From the NCBI GenBank assembly GCA_050953245.1, contig JBMNMG010000003.1:12192-76191 (forward strand): 64,000 nucleotides of DNA, read 5' to 3'. The stretch comes from Bacteroidales bacterium (GTDB lineage Bacteria > Bacteroidota > Bacteroidia > Bacteroidales > BM520). Within the stretch, counting starts at the first letter, position 1. Each line of letters begins with the position of its first letter. Of this stretch, positions 40,913 through 50,320 are shown piece by piece. The notes under the pieces were generated by a model. That model made no database searches. It saw only the letters and a program-made list of their open reading frames with translations, and was not told where the DNA came from. The position numbers were made by a program, and so were the translations under genes.

Positions 40913-42061
40913 ATGGTAATATCAATAATAAAAGATTTAGAAAAACAAATACAAAAGATTTATCCTGAAATAGTTTCAGTTAGACGAAAACTTCACCGAT
41001 ATCCGGAACTATCTTTTAACGAAAAATATACATCATCCCTAATTGTTGATTTTTTAGAAAAATGCCAATTGAAACCTAAAATAATTGAAGAATCCTATTC
41101 AGTTGTTTGTGATATAGTTACAGATGAATCAATTAAAAAAACTGTATTAAGGGCAGATATAGATGCATTACCAATTCAAGAAGAAACAAGACTTTCCTTT
41201 AGTTCTATAAATAGAGGGGTTATGCATGCATGTGGACATGATATCCACATATCTATTTTGCTTGGAGTTGCAAAAATCTTATCAGAGAATTTAGACCAAA
41301 TAAAAGTTAACATCAGGCTGTTGTTTCAAAGTGGAGAAGAAGAATATCCCGGTGGAGCTGCTAAATTAGTGGAAAAAGGATATATAAACTCGGAAGAAGT
41401 AAAAAGAGCTTTTGGACTACATGTAAGCCCAGAATTAAAAACCGGAACAATAGGGCTTCATGCAGGCAACTTTATGGCATCTGCAGATGAAATCCACATT
41501 AAAATAATAGGTAAAGGAGGTCATGCAGCAAAACCTGATGAATTTATTAATCCTATCTATTTTGCATCTAAAGCTTGCGTAATGCTTTGTAAACCAATAC
41601 CTAACATCAAAAATAAATATATTTTGTCGATTGGCAAATTTATAGCTGATGGTGCAACTAATGTAATACCTAACTGTGTTGAAATGCAAGGCACATTGCG
41701 GACTTTTGACGAAGCTGATAGAAAAAAACTACACAAATTTATTAAAGACACCTTAAAATTTTCGGCACTTCATAATGTAAAGTACAAGTTAGAAATCTTA
41801 AAAGGTTATCCGTCATTATATAACGATCCTGACTTAACTGAATACGCACAAGAAAAGCTCTCCAATATATTAGGCAAAGAAAATGTGGTAGAAGTACCTG
41901 AAAGATATACATCAGATGACTTCGCATATATTTCAAAAGCAGTTCCCAGCTGTTATATGAGATTGGGCTGCAATTCAAATACACGACAACATACCTCGAA
42001 ATTTAATCCTGATGAGAAAAGTATCTACTACGGGATGTTAACTTTTCTTATTCTTCTTTGA
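40913..42061 (+). CDS. M20-family amidohydrolase (N-acyl-amino-acid amidohydrolase type)
   Basis: MHACGHDIH metal-binding motif, QSGEE, dimerisation insert. 382 aa. Confidence 0.8.
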   Translation: MVISIIKDLEKQIQKIYPEIVSVRRKLHRYPELSFNEKYTSSLIVDFLEKCQLKPKIIEESYSVVCDIVTDESIKKTVLRADIDALPIQEETRLSFSSINRGVMHACGHDIHISILLGVAKILSENLDQIKVNIRLLFQSGEEEYPGGAAKLVEKGYINSEEVKRAFGLHVSPELKTGTIGLHAGNFMASADEIHIKIIGKGGHAAKPDEFINPIYFASKACVMLCKPIPNIKNKYILSIGKFIADGATNVIPNCVEMQGTLRTFDEADRKKLHKFIKDTLKFSALHNVKYKLEILKGYPSLYNDPDLTEYAQEKLSNILGKENVVEVPERYTSDDFAYISKAVPSCYMRLGCNSNTRQHTSKFNPDEKSIYYGMLTFLILL

Positions 42062-42067
42062 TTCTTT

Positions 42068-42296
42068 GGGATGGCTTCCCGAAAAATCTGGGATGGCTTC
42101 CCGAAAAATCCGAGATGGCTTCTCGAAAATATTGGGATGGCTTCCCGAGAATTCCGAGATGGCTTCTCGAAAAAATGTTGTATATATCAGTATATCAGAG
42201 CTTTATGTTTGGGATGGCATCCCCAGAAATCTGAGATGGCTTCCCTGAAATATTGAGATGGCTTCCCGAAAATATTGAGATGGCTTCCCGAAAAAT
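42068..42296. repeat. tandem array, 9 copies of a 22-bp unit (consensus GAGATGGCTTCCCGAAAATATT), one 33-bp interruption
   Basis: Counted directly. Units start at 42068, 42090, 42112, 42134, 42156, 42211, 42233, 42255 and 42277. The array runs from just after the M20 stop codon to the terminator at 42297-42330. Confidence 0.9.
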
Positions 42297-42330
42297 AAAA
42301 AAAGTCGTGTAAAAACTTACACGACTTTTT
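42297..42330. terminator. intrinsic terminator
   Basis: AAGTCGTGTAA/TTACACGACTT stem flanked by an A-run and a T-run. Confidence 0.75.
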
Positions 42331-42381
42331 ATTATGATTTAATATTTTAATCTTAGCTATTTTTTCTATTGGTACAACATA

Positions 42382-44427
42382 TTATAATGAGTAGTTTTTA
42401 CTCATTTCTAACATTTGTTCAACGTAGTTGTCTGGATAGCTAATTTCGATGTCTTTTATTGTATTATCATCGTTGTAGATAGGGGTTAATTTTGGATTTA
42501 CAAAACCTCCGTATGGAGCTAAGTTTAATGCTTGATATCTATCTTTAACTTCTTTGTGAAGTTCAGGATCAATATTTACAGCATATGTGTTAATTAAATC
42601 AGCTCCTGCTTGATAATCACCTTCAGATTTTATTCGTTGTATTTCTTTTAGTAATTCGCCAAATAAGTTTCTAAGTTTTTCGTAATCGTTGATTTTAACG
42701 TAAGTTTTGTTGTTTTCTTTGTACATTGAAATTACGTTTTCGTCTTTTCCATGTTCGTATGCCCAACGAGAAATTAATGCTCTACATCTCATGTGTGCTT
42801 GATCTATAGTTTTTCCTAATTCGATACGAGCGATTTGATAAATTAACCCGTTACGTATATAACCGTCATATTCAGCTTTGTATGCTTCCATATCAGGTAA
42901 TAATCCTAATTCTACCATTTTAGGATCTGCTAAATAGTATAATGCAAATAAGTCTGCACGTGTTTCTTCTAATGCTGATGAATGGTCTTTTAATGCATTT
43001 GGATCTGTACCAGGTAATAGTTGACCGCTTCCGTGACCTAAACATTCGTGTAAGTTAGTGTGCATATTGTCTGTTTCTGCACCATATTTTCTGACACGTT
43101 TGATTTCGTCTTCATCTGCAGCAAATTCTTCTAAAGTGCCACCTTTTTCTAAAGCAGCTTGATCATATGCATAAGTTAAGTTTGTAATTGTAACGGATTT
43201 TGATCCGTATTCTTTTCTTATCCAATCTGCGTTTGGTAAGTTGATGCCGATTGGTGGTGCAGGGTAACAATCGCCACCTAATGCTACTACATTGATTGCT
43301 TTTGCAGTTACACCTTTAACTTCTGATTTTTTAAATTTGTCGTCAATTGGGCTATTATCTTCGAACCATTGTGCATTTTCACTGATAATGTTTGTTTTAG
43401 CTGTTGCATCTAAATCTTTAAAGTTAGTGATAGCTTCCCATGTTGCTTTGATTCCTAATGGATCACCGTAGTTTTCAATAAATCCATTTACGTAGTCAAC
43501 TCTTGGTTCTGTGTTTTGAACCCACATTATATTGTATTCATCCCAAGTTGTTAAATCACCGGTATGGTAATATTCAATAAGTTTTTTAAGTTCTGCTTTT
43601 TGCTCTTCGTTTTCTGCAAATTCAATAGCTTTGCTTAAGTTTTCTACTATTTTTGCTATGATATTACTATATTTTCCATTTAAGCAATAAACTTCTTCAT
43701 GAATTTCTCCTGTTTCAGGATCTTTGACTAACTTAGAGTTTAATCCTTTAGATATTGGTCTGTTTGGATCGGGTGTAGGCATATTATTATAAAAATTTAC
43801 AACTTCTTGAGCAGTTAAGTTTTCATAAAAGTTTACTGCAGATTCTGCAATAATATCTGCACCAGGATTAGAATTATTTTTAGTTGGATACATTGATGGA
43901 TCAAAAATTATTTTACATAAATAATCTTCGAACTCTTTATTATCCATGCCTTCAGGGCAATTGTTAAAGGCAGTTTCGCAATTATTTAGTGCATTTCTAA
44001 AGAAGTCTTGACTAAATCCGGCAACAAATTTATTGTTGGAGTAATGATGATGGATTCCGTTGGCAAACCAAATCTTCTTTAAATATTTTTCGAATTCTAA
44101 CCAATCATTATTATCTTTTTCACCTGTGTAATTAGTGTATATTTCTTCTAAGGTTTTGCGGATCATTAAATTGTCTTTGCAAAACTGATCTGTTAAAATA
44201 TCTCTTCCCCAATATGCAGCTTCAGAAAGATAATAAATTAATTGTTTTTGATTTAATGTTAATTCATCCCAACCCGGAACTTGATATCTCATTATTTTTA
44301 GATCGTCAAATTGATCTATGTTCCATTTAAAGTCTTGAGGTTCTTCTTGCTCTACCTTCTTAGTATTACAACTAACCATTAATAAAATCGGTAGCATAAG
44401 TAAAATTGCTTTTAAATTTAATTTCAT
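42382..44427 (-). CDS. dipeptidyl-peptidase III (M49) lipoprotein
   Basis: HECLGH (HEXXGH) and EETRAD motifs. Lipoprotein signal (MVSC). 681 aa. Confidence 0.85.
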   Translation of the reverse strand: MKLNLKAILLMLPILLMVSCNTKKVEQEEPQDFKWNIDQFDDLKIMRYQVPGWDELTLNQKQLIYYLSEAAYWGRDILTDQFCKDNLMIRKTLEEIYTNYTGEKDNNDWLEFEKYLKKIWFANGIHHHYSNNKFVAGFSQDFFRNALNNCETAFNNCPEGMDNKEFEDYLCKIIFDPSMYPTKNNSNPGADIIAESAVNFYENLTAQEVVNFYNNMPTPDPNRPISKGLNSKLVKDPETGEIHEEVYCLNGKYSNIIAKIVENLSKAIEFAENEEQKAELKKLIEYYHTGDLTTWDEYNIMWVQNTEPRVDYVNGFIENYGDPLGIKATWEAITNFKDLDATAKTNIISENAQWFEDNSPIDDKFKKSEVKGVTAKAINVVALGGDCYPAPPIGINLPNADWIRKEYGSKSVTITNLTYAYDQAALEKGGTLEEFAADEDEIKRVRKYGAETDNMHTNLHECLGHGSGQLLPGTDPNALKDHSSALEETRADLFALYYLADPKMVELGLLPDMEAYKAEYDGYIRNGLIYQIARIELGKTIDQAHMRCRALISRWAYEHGKDENVISMYKENNKTYVKINDYEKLRNLFGELLKEIQRIKSEGDYQAGADLINTYAVNIDPELHKEVKDRYQALNLAPYGGFVNPKLTPIYNDDNTIKDIEISYPDNYVEQMLEMSKNYSL

Positions 44428-44563
44428 AACTATATTTTTTTTAATTTATTTTTGACTTTATTTTAAATTTTTATTGTTTTTTATTTTATTGAATTGCAAC
44501 AAGAAATAAAGATTATTTATCATTCAATAATCATTCAATGATCGTTCAATAATTATTCAATAA

Positions 44564-46720
44564 TTATTCAATAATTTCCATTTCATCTAATAAATAACCG
44601 GCACCTGCAAATTTATCAATAATAAATAAACAGTAACGGATATCTACCATGATATTTCTACACATATCAGGATCGTAGATTAAGTCGCTCATTGTTCCTT
44701 GCCAGTTTCTATCAAAATTTAACCCAATTAAATGACCTTCAGCATTTAAAACGGGAGATCCCGAGTTCCCTCCTGTAGTGTGATTAGATCCTATAAAACA
44801 AGTATGCATTGTACCATCTTTATCAGCATATCTGCCATAATCTTTCATAGTGTAAAGTTGTTTTAATTTTGGAACTACTACATAATCGTAATTATTTGGA
44901 TCTTCTTTTTCCATTACTCCATCTAAAGTGGTAAAGTAATTGTAATTAGCTCCATCAAAAGGTTTAAAACCTTCTATTTTTCCATATGTTACTCTTAATG
45001 TAAAGTTTGCATCAGGATAAAATGCATTATCTTCTTCAAATTCCATTTGGGCTTTTACGTAAAACCTCATTGTGCTATCTATGGTAGTTTGAATTTTGGA
45101 TAATTCCGGATAAATATTATCAACATAAGAATCTATTAAACTGGAATAGATTGCATATGCCGGATCTTTCTCAAGTTTTTTATAATTAGATGGTTTATAG
45201 TTATTTAAAAAGTTTATTAAATTATCTTTATCAGTAAACATAGTTTTCTTAAACATGTTTTGACTGAATTTATCGAAGTCTCCATTGTATTTTTTATCTA
45301 TAATATTAAAAAAGTCCGGACGTACATCTTGCGGTACGTTCTCATAATACTCTTTTAATAAAATAGGAGTGAGTTCTTCATCTATTGGTTGATGATAATC
45401 TTTAAAGAAAGATTCTGTTTGTGATAATAAACTTTCAATTTCTAATTCTATTGATTCTTTATCTTTATCTTTTACTTTTGATAATCTTACTAACTTTCTG
45501 AAGTTAGCTGAAAATCTAACTATTTCCATACCTAAACCTGCTTCTACAAAGTATCTGTAGGCTTTTTCATAAGGAACAGATTTTTCGTATTGCTCATTTA
45601 ATATTGGAAGTAAATTCAAGTATTCTTTTTTATTGTTTTTGTTACACCAATCAGTGAATTCTTTTTCATAATTAGTTTTAGTTTCTATACCTTTAAAGCG
45701 TTTTATACCTTGAACTTCGCCCTTCCACTTTTTCCAACCATTAGCTACTCCTGCAGTTTTACTGGCATATTGAATTCTAACTTTAGGGTCTGCATCCGAA
45801 TATGCATTCATGGTTTTTAGTTTTAGATCTCTAACGCTAATAGATATGTCATCTCTAACATCTGTTGTCAATTTTATGGCAGATGCAGGTAAATATTCAT
45901 TAGTACTACCAGGGTATCCAAATACAAAAGTAAAATCGTCTTGTTCATATCCTTTTAAGGATATTTTTAAAAATTTCTTTGGGGTATAGGGTTTATTGTC
46001 TTTAGAATACTTTGCAGGCTTATTATCTTTATCGGCATAAATTCTAAATACGGAAAAGTCTCCCGTATGACGTGGCCACATCCAATTATCAGTATCTCCA
46101 CCAAATTTTCCAATGTTTGATGGAGGTGCTCCTACTAATCTTACATCTTCAAATACTTCATAAACAAATAGATAATAGTTGTTCCCATAAAAGAATTCTT
46201 CAACACTTGCTTTGTAATGAGTATCTTTAGTTGCTTCATCTATTACCTTTTGAGAGTTTTCTTTTATTATCTCTCTTCTTTTAACTTCTGTAATATCATT
46301 AGTGACATCTTTTAGGACTTTATCGGTAACTTCTTCCATTCTAACTAATAAAGTTACTTTTAAACCTTCGCAAGGTAATTCTTCATTTTTGTTTTTTGCC
46401 CAAAAGCCATTAGTTAGATAGTCGTGATCGATAGAGCTATGTTGTTGAATTGCACCATATCCACAGTGGTGATTAGTGAAAAGCAATCCATTGTTAGATA
46501 CAATTTCTCCGGTGCATCCGCCTCCAAAAATAACTATTGCATCTTTTAAACTCGCATTATTGACAGAATAAATATCTTCTGTAGTAATTTTCATGCCCAT
46601 TTCCTGCATTTCTTTTTCGTTAAGTAGTTGTAGTAATATGGGTAACCACATACCTTCCTTAGCATATAAAGATGGAAGTGTCATCATTAATGCTATTACA
46701 AATGTTAAAATCTTCTTCAT
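44564..46720 (-). CDS. S46-family dipeptidyl-peptidase (DPP7/DPP11 type)
   Basis: KEGMWLP N-terminus, TNHHCG (His), GGNSGSPV (Ser). 718 aa. Confidence 0.85.
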   Translation of the reverse strand: MKKILTFVIALMMTLPSLYAKEGMWLPILLQLLNEKEMQEMGMKITTEDIYSVNNASLKDAIVIFGGGCTGEIVSNNGLLFTNHHCGYGAIQQHSSIDHDYLTNGFWAKNKNEELPCEGLKVTLLVRMEEVTDKVLKDVTNDITEVKRREIIKENSQKVIDEATKDTHYKASVEEFFYGNNYYLFVYEVFEDVRLVGAPPSNIGKFGGDTDNWMWPRHTGDFSVFRIYADKDNKPAKYSKDNKPYTPKKFLKISLKGYEQDDFTFVFGYPGSTNEYLPASAIKLTTDVRDDISISVRDLKLKTMNAYSDADPKVRIQYASKTAGVANGWKKWKGEVQGIKRFKGIETKTNYEKEFTDWCNKNNKKEYLNLLPILNEQYEKSVPYEKAYRYFVEAGLGMEIVRFSANFRKLVRLSKVKDKDKESIELEIESLLSQTESFFKDYHQPIDEELTPILLKEYYENVPQDVRPDFFNIIDKKYNGDFDKFSQNMFKKTMFTDKDNLINFLNNYKPSNYKKLEKDPAYAIYSSLIDSYVDNIYPELSKIQTTIDSTMRFYVKAQMEFEEDNAFYPDANFTLRVTYGKIEGFKPFDGANYNYFTTLDGVMEKEDPNNYDYVVVPKLKQLYTMKDYGRYADKDGTMHTCFIGSNHTTGGNSGSPVLNAEGHLIGLNFDRNWQGTMSDLIYDPDMCRNIMVDIRYCLFIIDKFAGAGYLLDEMEIIE

Positions 46721-46874
46721 TTTAAATTTTTATTGAGATAAAAAGTTTGATAAAAATATTTTTTTCAATTCTATTGCAAAGGTACTTAATTATATTAAAA
46801 AACGATAAAATATAATAAACAAATATTAGAGATTATTAATAGAAAAGTACGTTCTAAATAAGATAATCAGAAGT

Positions 46875-47948
46875 TTATTCCTTGATTGGCTCAATTTCTA
46901 TAAAATGACATTTCTCACAAAAAATGTGAGGAGTATTCTTAAACCATAACTTTCGAAAATCTCTATAACTATCTGAATTTAAAACATTTATTACCTTATC
47001 ATCTTTTACATTTCCAAAATTAAGTTCTTTAGGAAAAGGTTTTGCACAGCAGGGAACAACATATCCGTCCCAAGTAATATAAAAATGCGACCATGGGAAA
47101 AAGCACTTTTGAAATTCGTTTTTAGTATAAAAATTATTTTTAGTAACTAAGACTTCGGGAGTTTGCTCAATAATTTTATTTAATTCTTTCATTACAGACA
47201 AAAATTCTTCAGATTTGAAAAAATCATAATACTCCACATCAATATCGGTCACAGAAGTCAAATTAAACAAAGTAAAATCTAAATATGGAATCTCAACTTC
47301 TTTTGCATATTTAACTAATAATGGAAGATGAGTGTAGTTTTCTTTAGTAACTACCATATTTAACATCAGATCAGTTTCGGATTCTTTAGCCATTTTAGAT
47401 AGCTCTCTTAAGTTATTATCTAATAACTTAAAGTTGGATTTCTGTCTGATAGTTTCGTAAACCTCATCAATCCCATCTATGGAAATTTGAATAGTATCAA
47501 TTTTTCCTATAACTTTTGAGACTTTTTCAAGAAAATTTGGTAAAACAGCATTTGTAGAAATAGAAATGATAATACCTTTATTTTTACTTTTAATGTAATC
47601 AACAATTTCTTCAATTTCATTAAAGATAAAAGTTTCGCCCATACCGGTCAGACCAATAGAATCCAAATACGGAGATAACTCATCAATAACTTTTTTTGCT
47701 AAATCAATATCAATGTTTCCTTTATCCATCTTCTTCCCGTAATCGTACATACGTGCGCAAGTAGTGCATTCCAGATTACAAAAATTAGTGAGTTCCAACA
47801 TTATTGTAGAAGGATATGCTACTTTAGTAGATTTAGTTGCTTTTAGATAACCACCTTTTATTTTGTTATTTACATATAAAAAGAAATTTTTGTTTTTGGG
47901 TAAATACTTAATTCTTTTAAATGCTTTTTTTCGTCTTCTTTTATTCAT
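46875..47948 (-). CDS. radical SAM / SPASM-domain protein
   Basis: CNLECTTC (CX3CX2C) cluster. C-terminal CFFPW...GYVVPCC...FCEKC Cys-rich SPASM/twitch-like region. Confidence 0.8.
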   Translation of the reverse strand: MNKRRRKKAFKRIKYLPKNKNFFLYVNNKIKGGYLKATKSTKVAYPSTIMLELTNFCNLECTTCARMYDYGKKMDKGNIDIDLAKKVIDELSPYLDSIGLTGMGETFIFNEIEEIVDYIKSKNKGIIISISTNAVLPNFLEKVSKVIGKIDTIQISIDGIDEVYETIRQKSNFKLLDNNLRELSKMAKESETDLMLNMVVTKENYTHLPLLVKYAKEVEIPYLDFTLFNLTSVTDIDVEYYDFFKSEEFLSVMKELNKIIEQTPEVLVTKNNFYTKNEFQKCFFPWSHFYITWDGYVVPCCAKPFPKELNFGNVKDDKVINVLNSDSYRDFRKLWFKNTPHIFCEKCHFIEIEPIKE

Positions 47949-48022
47949 GAGTATTTTTTATCTTTTATCTTTGCAAAGATACAAATTTTAAATACATCAT
48001 TTAAGAAAGAAAATAAAAGTTT

Positions 48023-49240
48023 ATGAAAGTTTACGTTGCAATCCCTTTACTTAGAGAATTCGAAAATATTAATACACTTTTAGAGCATATTTTCAAGCAA
48101 GATTTTAAAAACTTTCATGTTGTGTTTTGCGTGAATAATCCTGCAGAATGGTATGATTTTGTACCCTCTTCAAAAGGGATGGCATCCCAAGTTAATTTAG
48201 AATCATTCCAAATAAAAGAAGAGGAAAATTCTTATCAAAATTCTTATGAAAAAGACTTAAAAGACAATTTAAAAACTCTTGATTATTTGCGAAGTTTAAA
48301 TAATCCGCTAATAACAATTATCGATAAATCAACAAGAAACAATGCCTTCCCATTGAAAAAATCGGGAGTGGGGTATGCACGTAAGGTTATTATGGATAAA
48401 ATAGCATCAATTGCTGATGATAATGATATTATAATAAGCTTAGACGGAGATACTATTTTTAGTCCCCAATATTTTTCTTCTGTATTGTATCAGTTTGAAA
48501 ATAATAAAGATGCACATGCTATTGCAGTTCCATATTATCATAGGTTGGAAGGCACCGAAGAACAAAAAAAAGCAGCTTTAAGATACGAGATTTATATGCG
48601 CCATTATTTAATTGAGATGCTTAAAATAAATAATCCTTATGCGTTTACTGCATTGGGTGCTGCTATTGCAGTAAAAGTCGGTTCATATAAAAAAAGTTGG
48701 TGGTATAACTCCATATTCGTCAGGAGAAGATTTTTATCTGTTGCAAAAAATAAGGAAACTTGGGAGATTTTGTTATGGTGTGATGAACATGTTTATCCTA
48801 AGGCAAGATTGTCGGATAGAGTGGGGTTTGGTACAGGTCCTGCAATTGATAAGGGTATGGGTGGTGATTGGGATTCTTATCCAATTTATAAAACCGAATA
48901 CTTTGAAAATGTCAAAAAAACTTTTGATCTCTTTCCAACTTTATTTGAAAAAGATGTTGATACGCCATTGACTCCTTTTTTGATGAAGCAATTTAATACA
49001 GATGATGTTTGGTCTCCTTTGCGGAAAAATTATAAACAGATAAATCAATTTGTCAGAGCTTGTGAAACTAAAATAGATGGGTTAAGAATTTTACAGTATT
49101 TAAAAAGTTCTTGTGACGATTTTAATTATTTCCCATATCATAAAGAAAACTTATATTCTGTAAGAGATTATTTATATCAAAAAGAAAATAATTTAAGGAT
49201 AAAGTTTGATGTAAATTTTCATTCTGTTTTTAAATGGTGA
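48023..49240 (+). CDS. family-2 glycosyltransferase, ORF intact but ~23 codons read out of the ancestral frame
   Basis: GT-A N-terminus (VAIPLL...FHVVFCVNN; DGDT). The expected ED motif (GGITPYSSGEDFYLLQKIRKLG) is encoded only in the alternative frame, 48696-48764. Confidence 0.6.
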   Translation: MKVYVAIPLLREFENINTLLEHIFKQDFKNFHVVFCVNNPAEWYDFVPSSKGMASQVNLESFQIKEEENSYQNSYEKDLKDNLKTLDYLRSLNNPLITIIDKSTRNNAFPLKKSGVGYARKVIMDKIASIADDNDIIISLDGDTIFSPQYFSSVLYQFENNKDAHAIAVPYYHRLEGTEEQKKAALRYEIYMRHYLIEMLKINNPYAFTALGAAIAVKVGSYKKSWWYNSIFVRRRFLSVAKNKETWEILLWCDEHVYPKARLSDRVGFGTGPAIDKGMGGDWDSYPIYKTEYFENVKKTFDLFPTLFEKDVDTPLTPFLMKQFNTDDVWSPLRKNYKQINQFVRACETKIDGLRILQYLKSSCDDFNYFPYHKENLYSVRDYLYQKENNLRIKFDVNFHSVFKW

Positions 49241-49354
49241 TTTTTGAAAAGTTTAAAATAATTTAGAAATCCAATCTGAAATAAATCTAAAATAACTACT
49301 TTTGCAATAAGAATAGAAGGCTTTTCAACATCAAATTAATAAGACGATTTATTT

Positions 49355-50272
49355 ATGATTGTAATATTAGGACCAACAGCTACAGGAAAAACAAAATTAG
49401 CAGCTGAGATTGCATATAGGCTAAATGCTGAAATAATTAGTGCCGATTCGCGTCAAGTTTATAAAAATATGACAATTGGTTCCGGTAAAGATTACAATGA
49501 TTATATAGTAAACGGCTTTAAAATTCCATATCATTTAGTAGATATTGTTGAACCGGGATACGAATACAATATTTTTGAGTATAAAAAAGATTTTTTAGTT
49601 GCTTACAATGAAATTTTATCCCGGAATAAAAAAGTTATTTTGTGCGGTGGTTCCGGAATGTATTTAGAGTCTGTTATTTCAAAATATCGATTAGATGAAG
49701 TTCCAATTAACAATGATTTAAGAAAAAATTTATGCAGCAAATCCAATGATGAATTGGTTGAGATGCTATCCCAAATGAAAACACTTCATAATATCACTGA
49801 TAGTGAAGATAGAGATAGAATTATCCGTGCCATTGAAATTGAAACTTATATGAAATTGCATCCTGAAGTTGAAGATAATTACGTAGTTCCATCCTCAATT
49901 TATGGAATAAGAGGTGATCGAGAATTTATCAGACAAAGAATTACAGATAGGCTTTATTATAGATTGGAAAATCAAGATATGGTGGGAGAAGTTGAGAGGT
50001 TATTGGATTCCGGTGTTGATTCTGAAAAGTTGAAAAATTACGGATTAGAATATAAGTTTTTAACTAAATATATCTTAGGTGAAATTCCTTACGAGATGAT
50101 GGTAAAAAAGCTAAATATTGCAATTCATCAATTTTCGAAACGTCAGATGACTTGGTTTAGACGTATGGAACGCAAAGGGTTTAAGATCAATTGGATAGAT
50201 GTAGAATTGCCTCTGGAGGATAAGGTGGAATTTATTTTTAATGATTTAAAGAGTAAAAATCTATTTGAATAA
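49355..50272 (+). CDS. miaA: tRNA dimethylallyltransferase
   Basis: P-loop GPTATGKT, DSRQVYK, QMTWFRR motifs. 305 aa. Confidence 0.9.
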   Translation: MIVILGPTATGKTKLAAEIAYRLNAEIISADSRQVYKNMTIGSGKDYNDYIVNGFKIPYHLVDIVEPGYEYNIFEYKKDFLVAYNEILSRNKKVILCGGSGMYLESVISKYRLDEVPINNDLRKNLCSKSNDELVEMLSQMKTLHNITDSEDRDRIIRAIEIETYMKLHPEVEDNYVVPSSIYGIRGDREFIRQRITDRLYYRLENQDMVGEVERLLDSGVDSEKLKNYGLEYKFLTKYILGEIPYEMMVKKLNIAIHQFSKRQMTWFRRMERKGFKINWIDVELPLEDKVEFIFNDLKSKNLFE

Positions 50273-50320
50273 AACATTGAGAATCATCTTGATTATAAAT
50301 AAAATTTGAGCTAAAAAATA

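Noticed and set aside
42066-42256. Two overlapping 60-61 aa ORFs (MGWLPEKSGMASRK... and MASRKIWDGFPKNPRW...).
   Set aside because: They are translations of the 22-bp tandem repeat in two frames. The periodic peptide sequence mirrors the DNA repeat, and there is no start context.
42068-42296. Possible CRISPR array.
   Set aside because: The units are contiguous 22-mers with no unique spacers between them. There are no cas genes in the window, and the repeat is too short for a CRISPR repeat-plus-spacer period.
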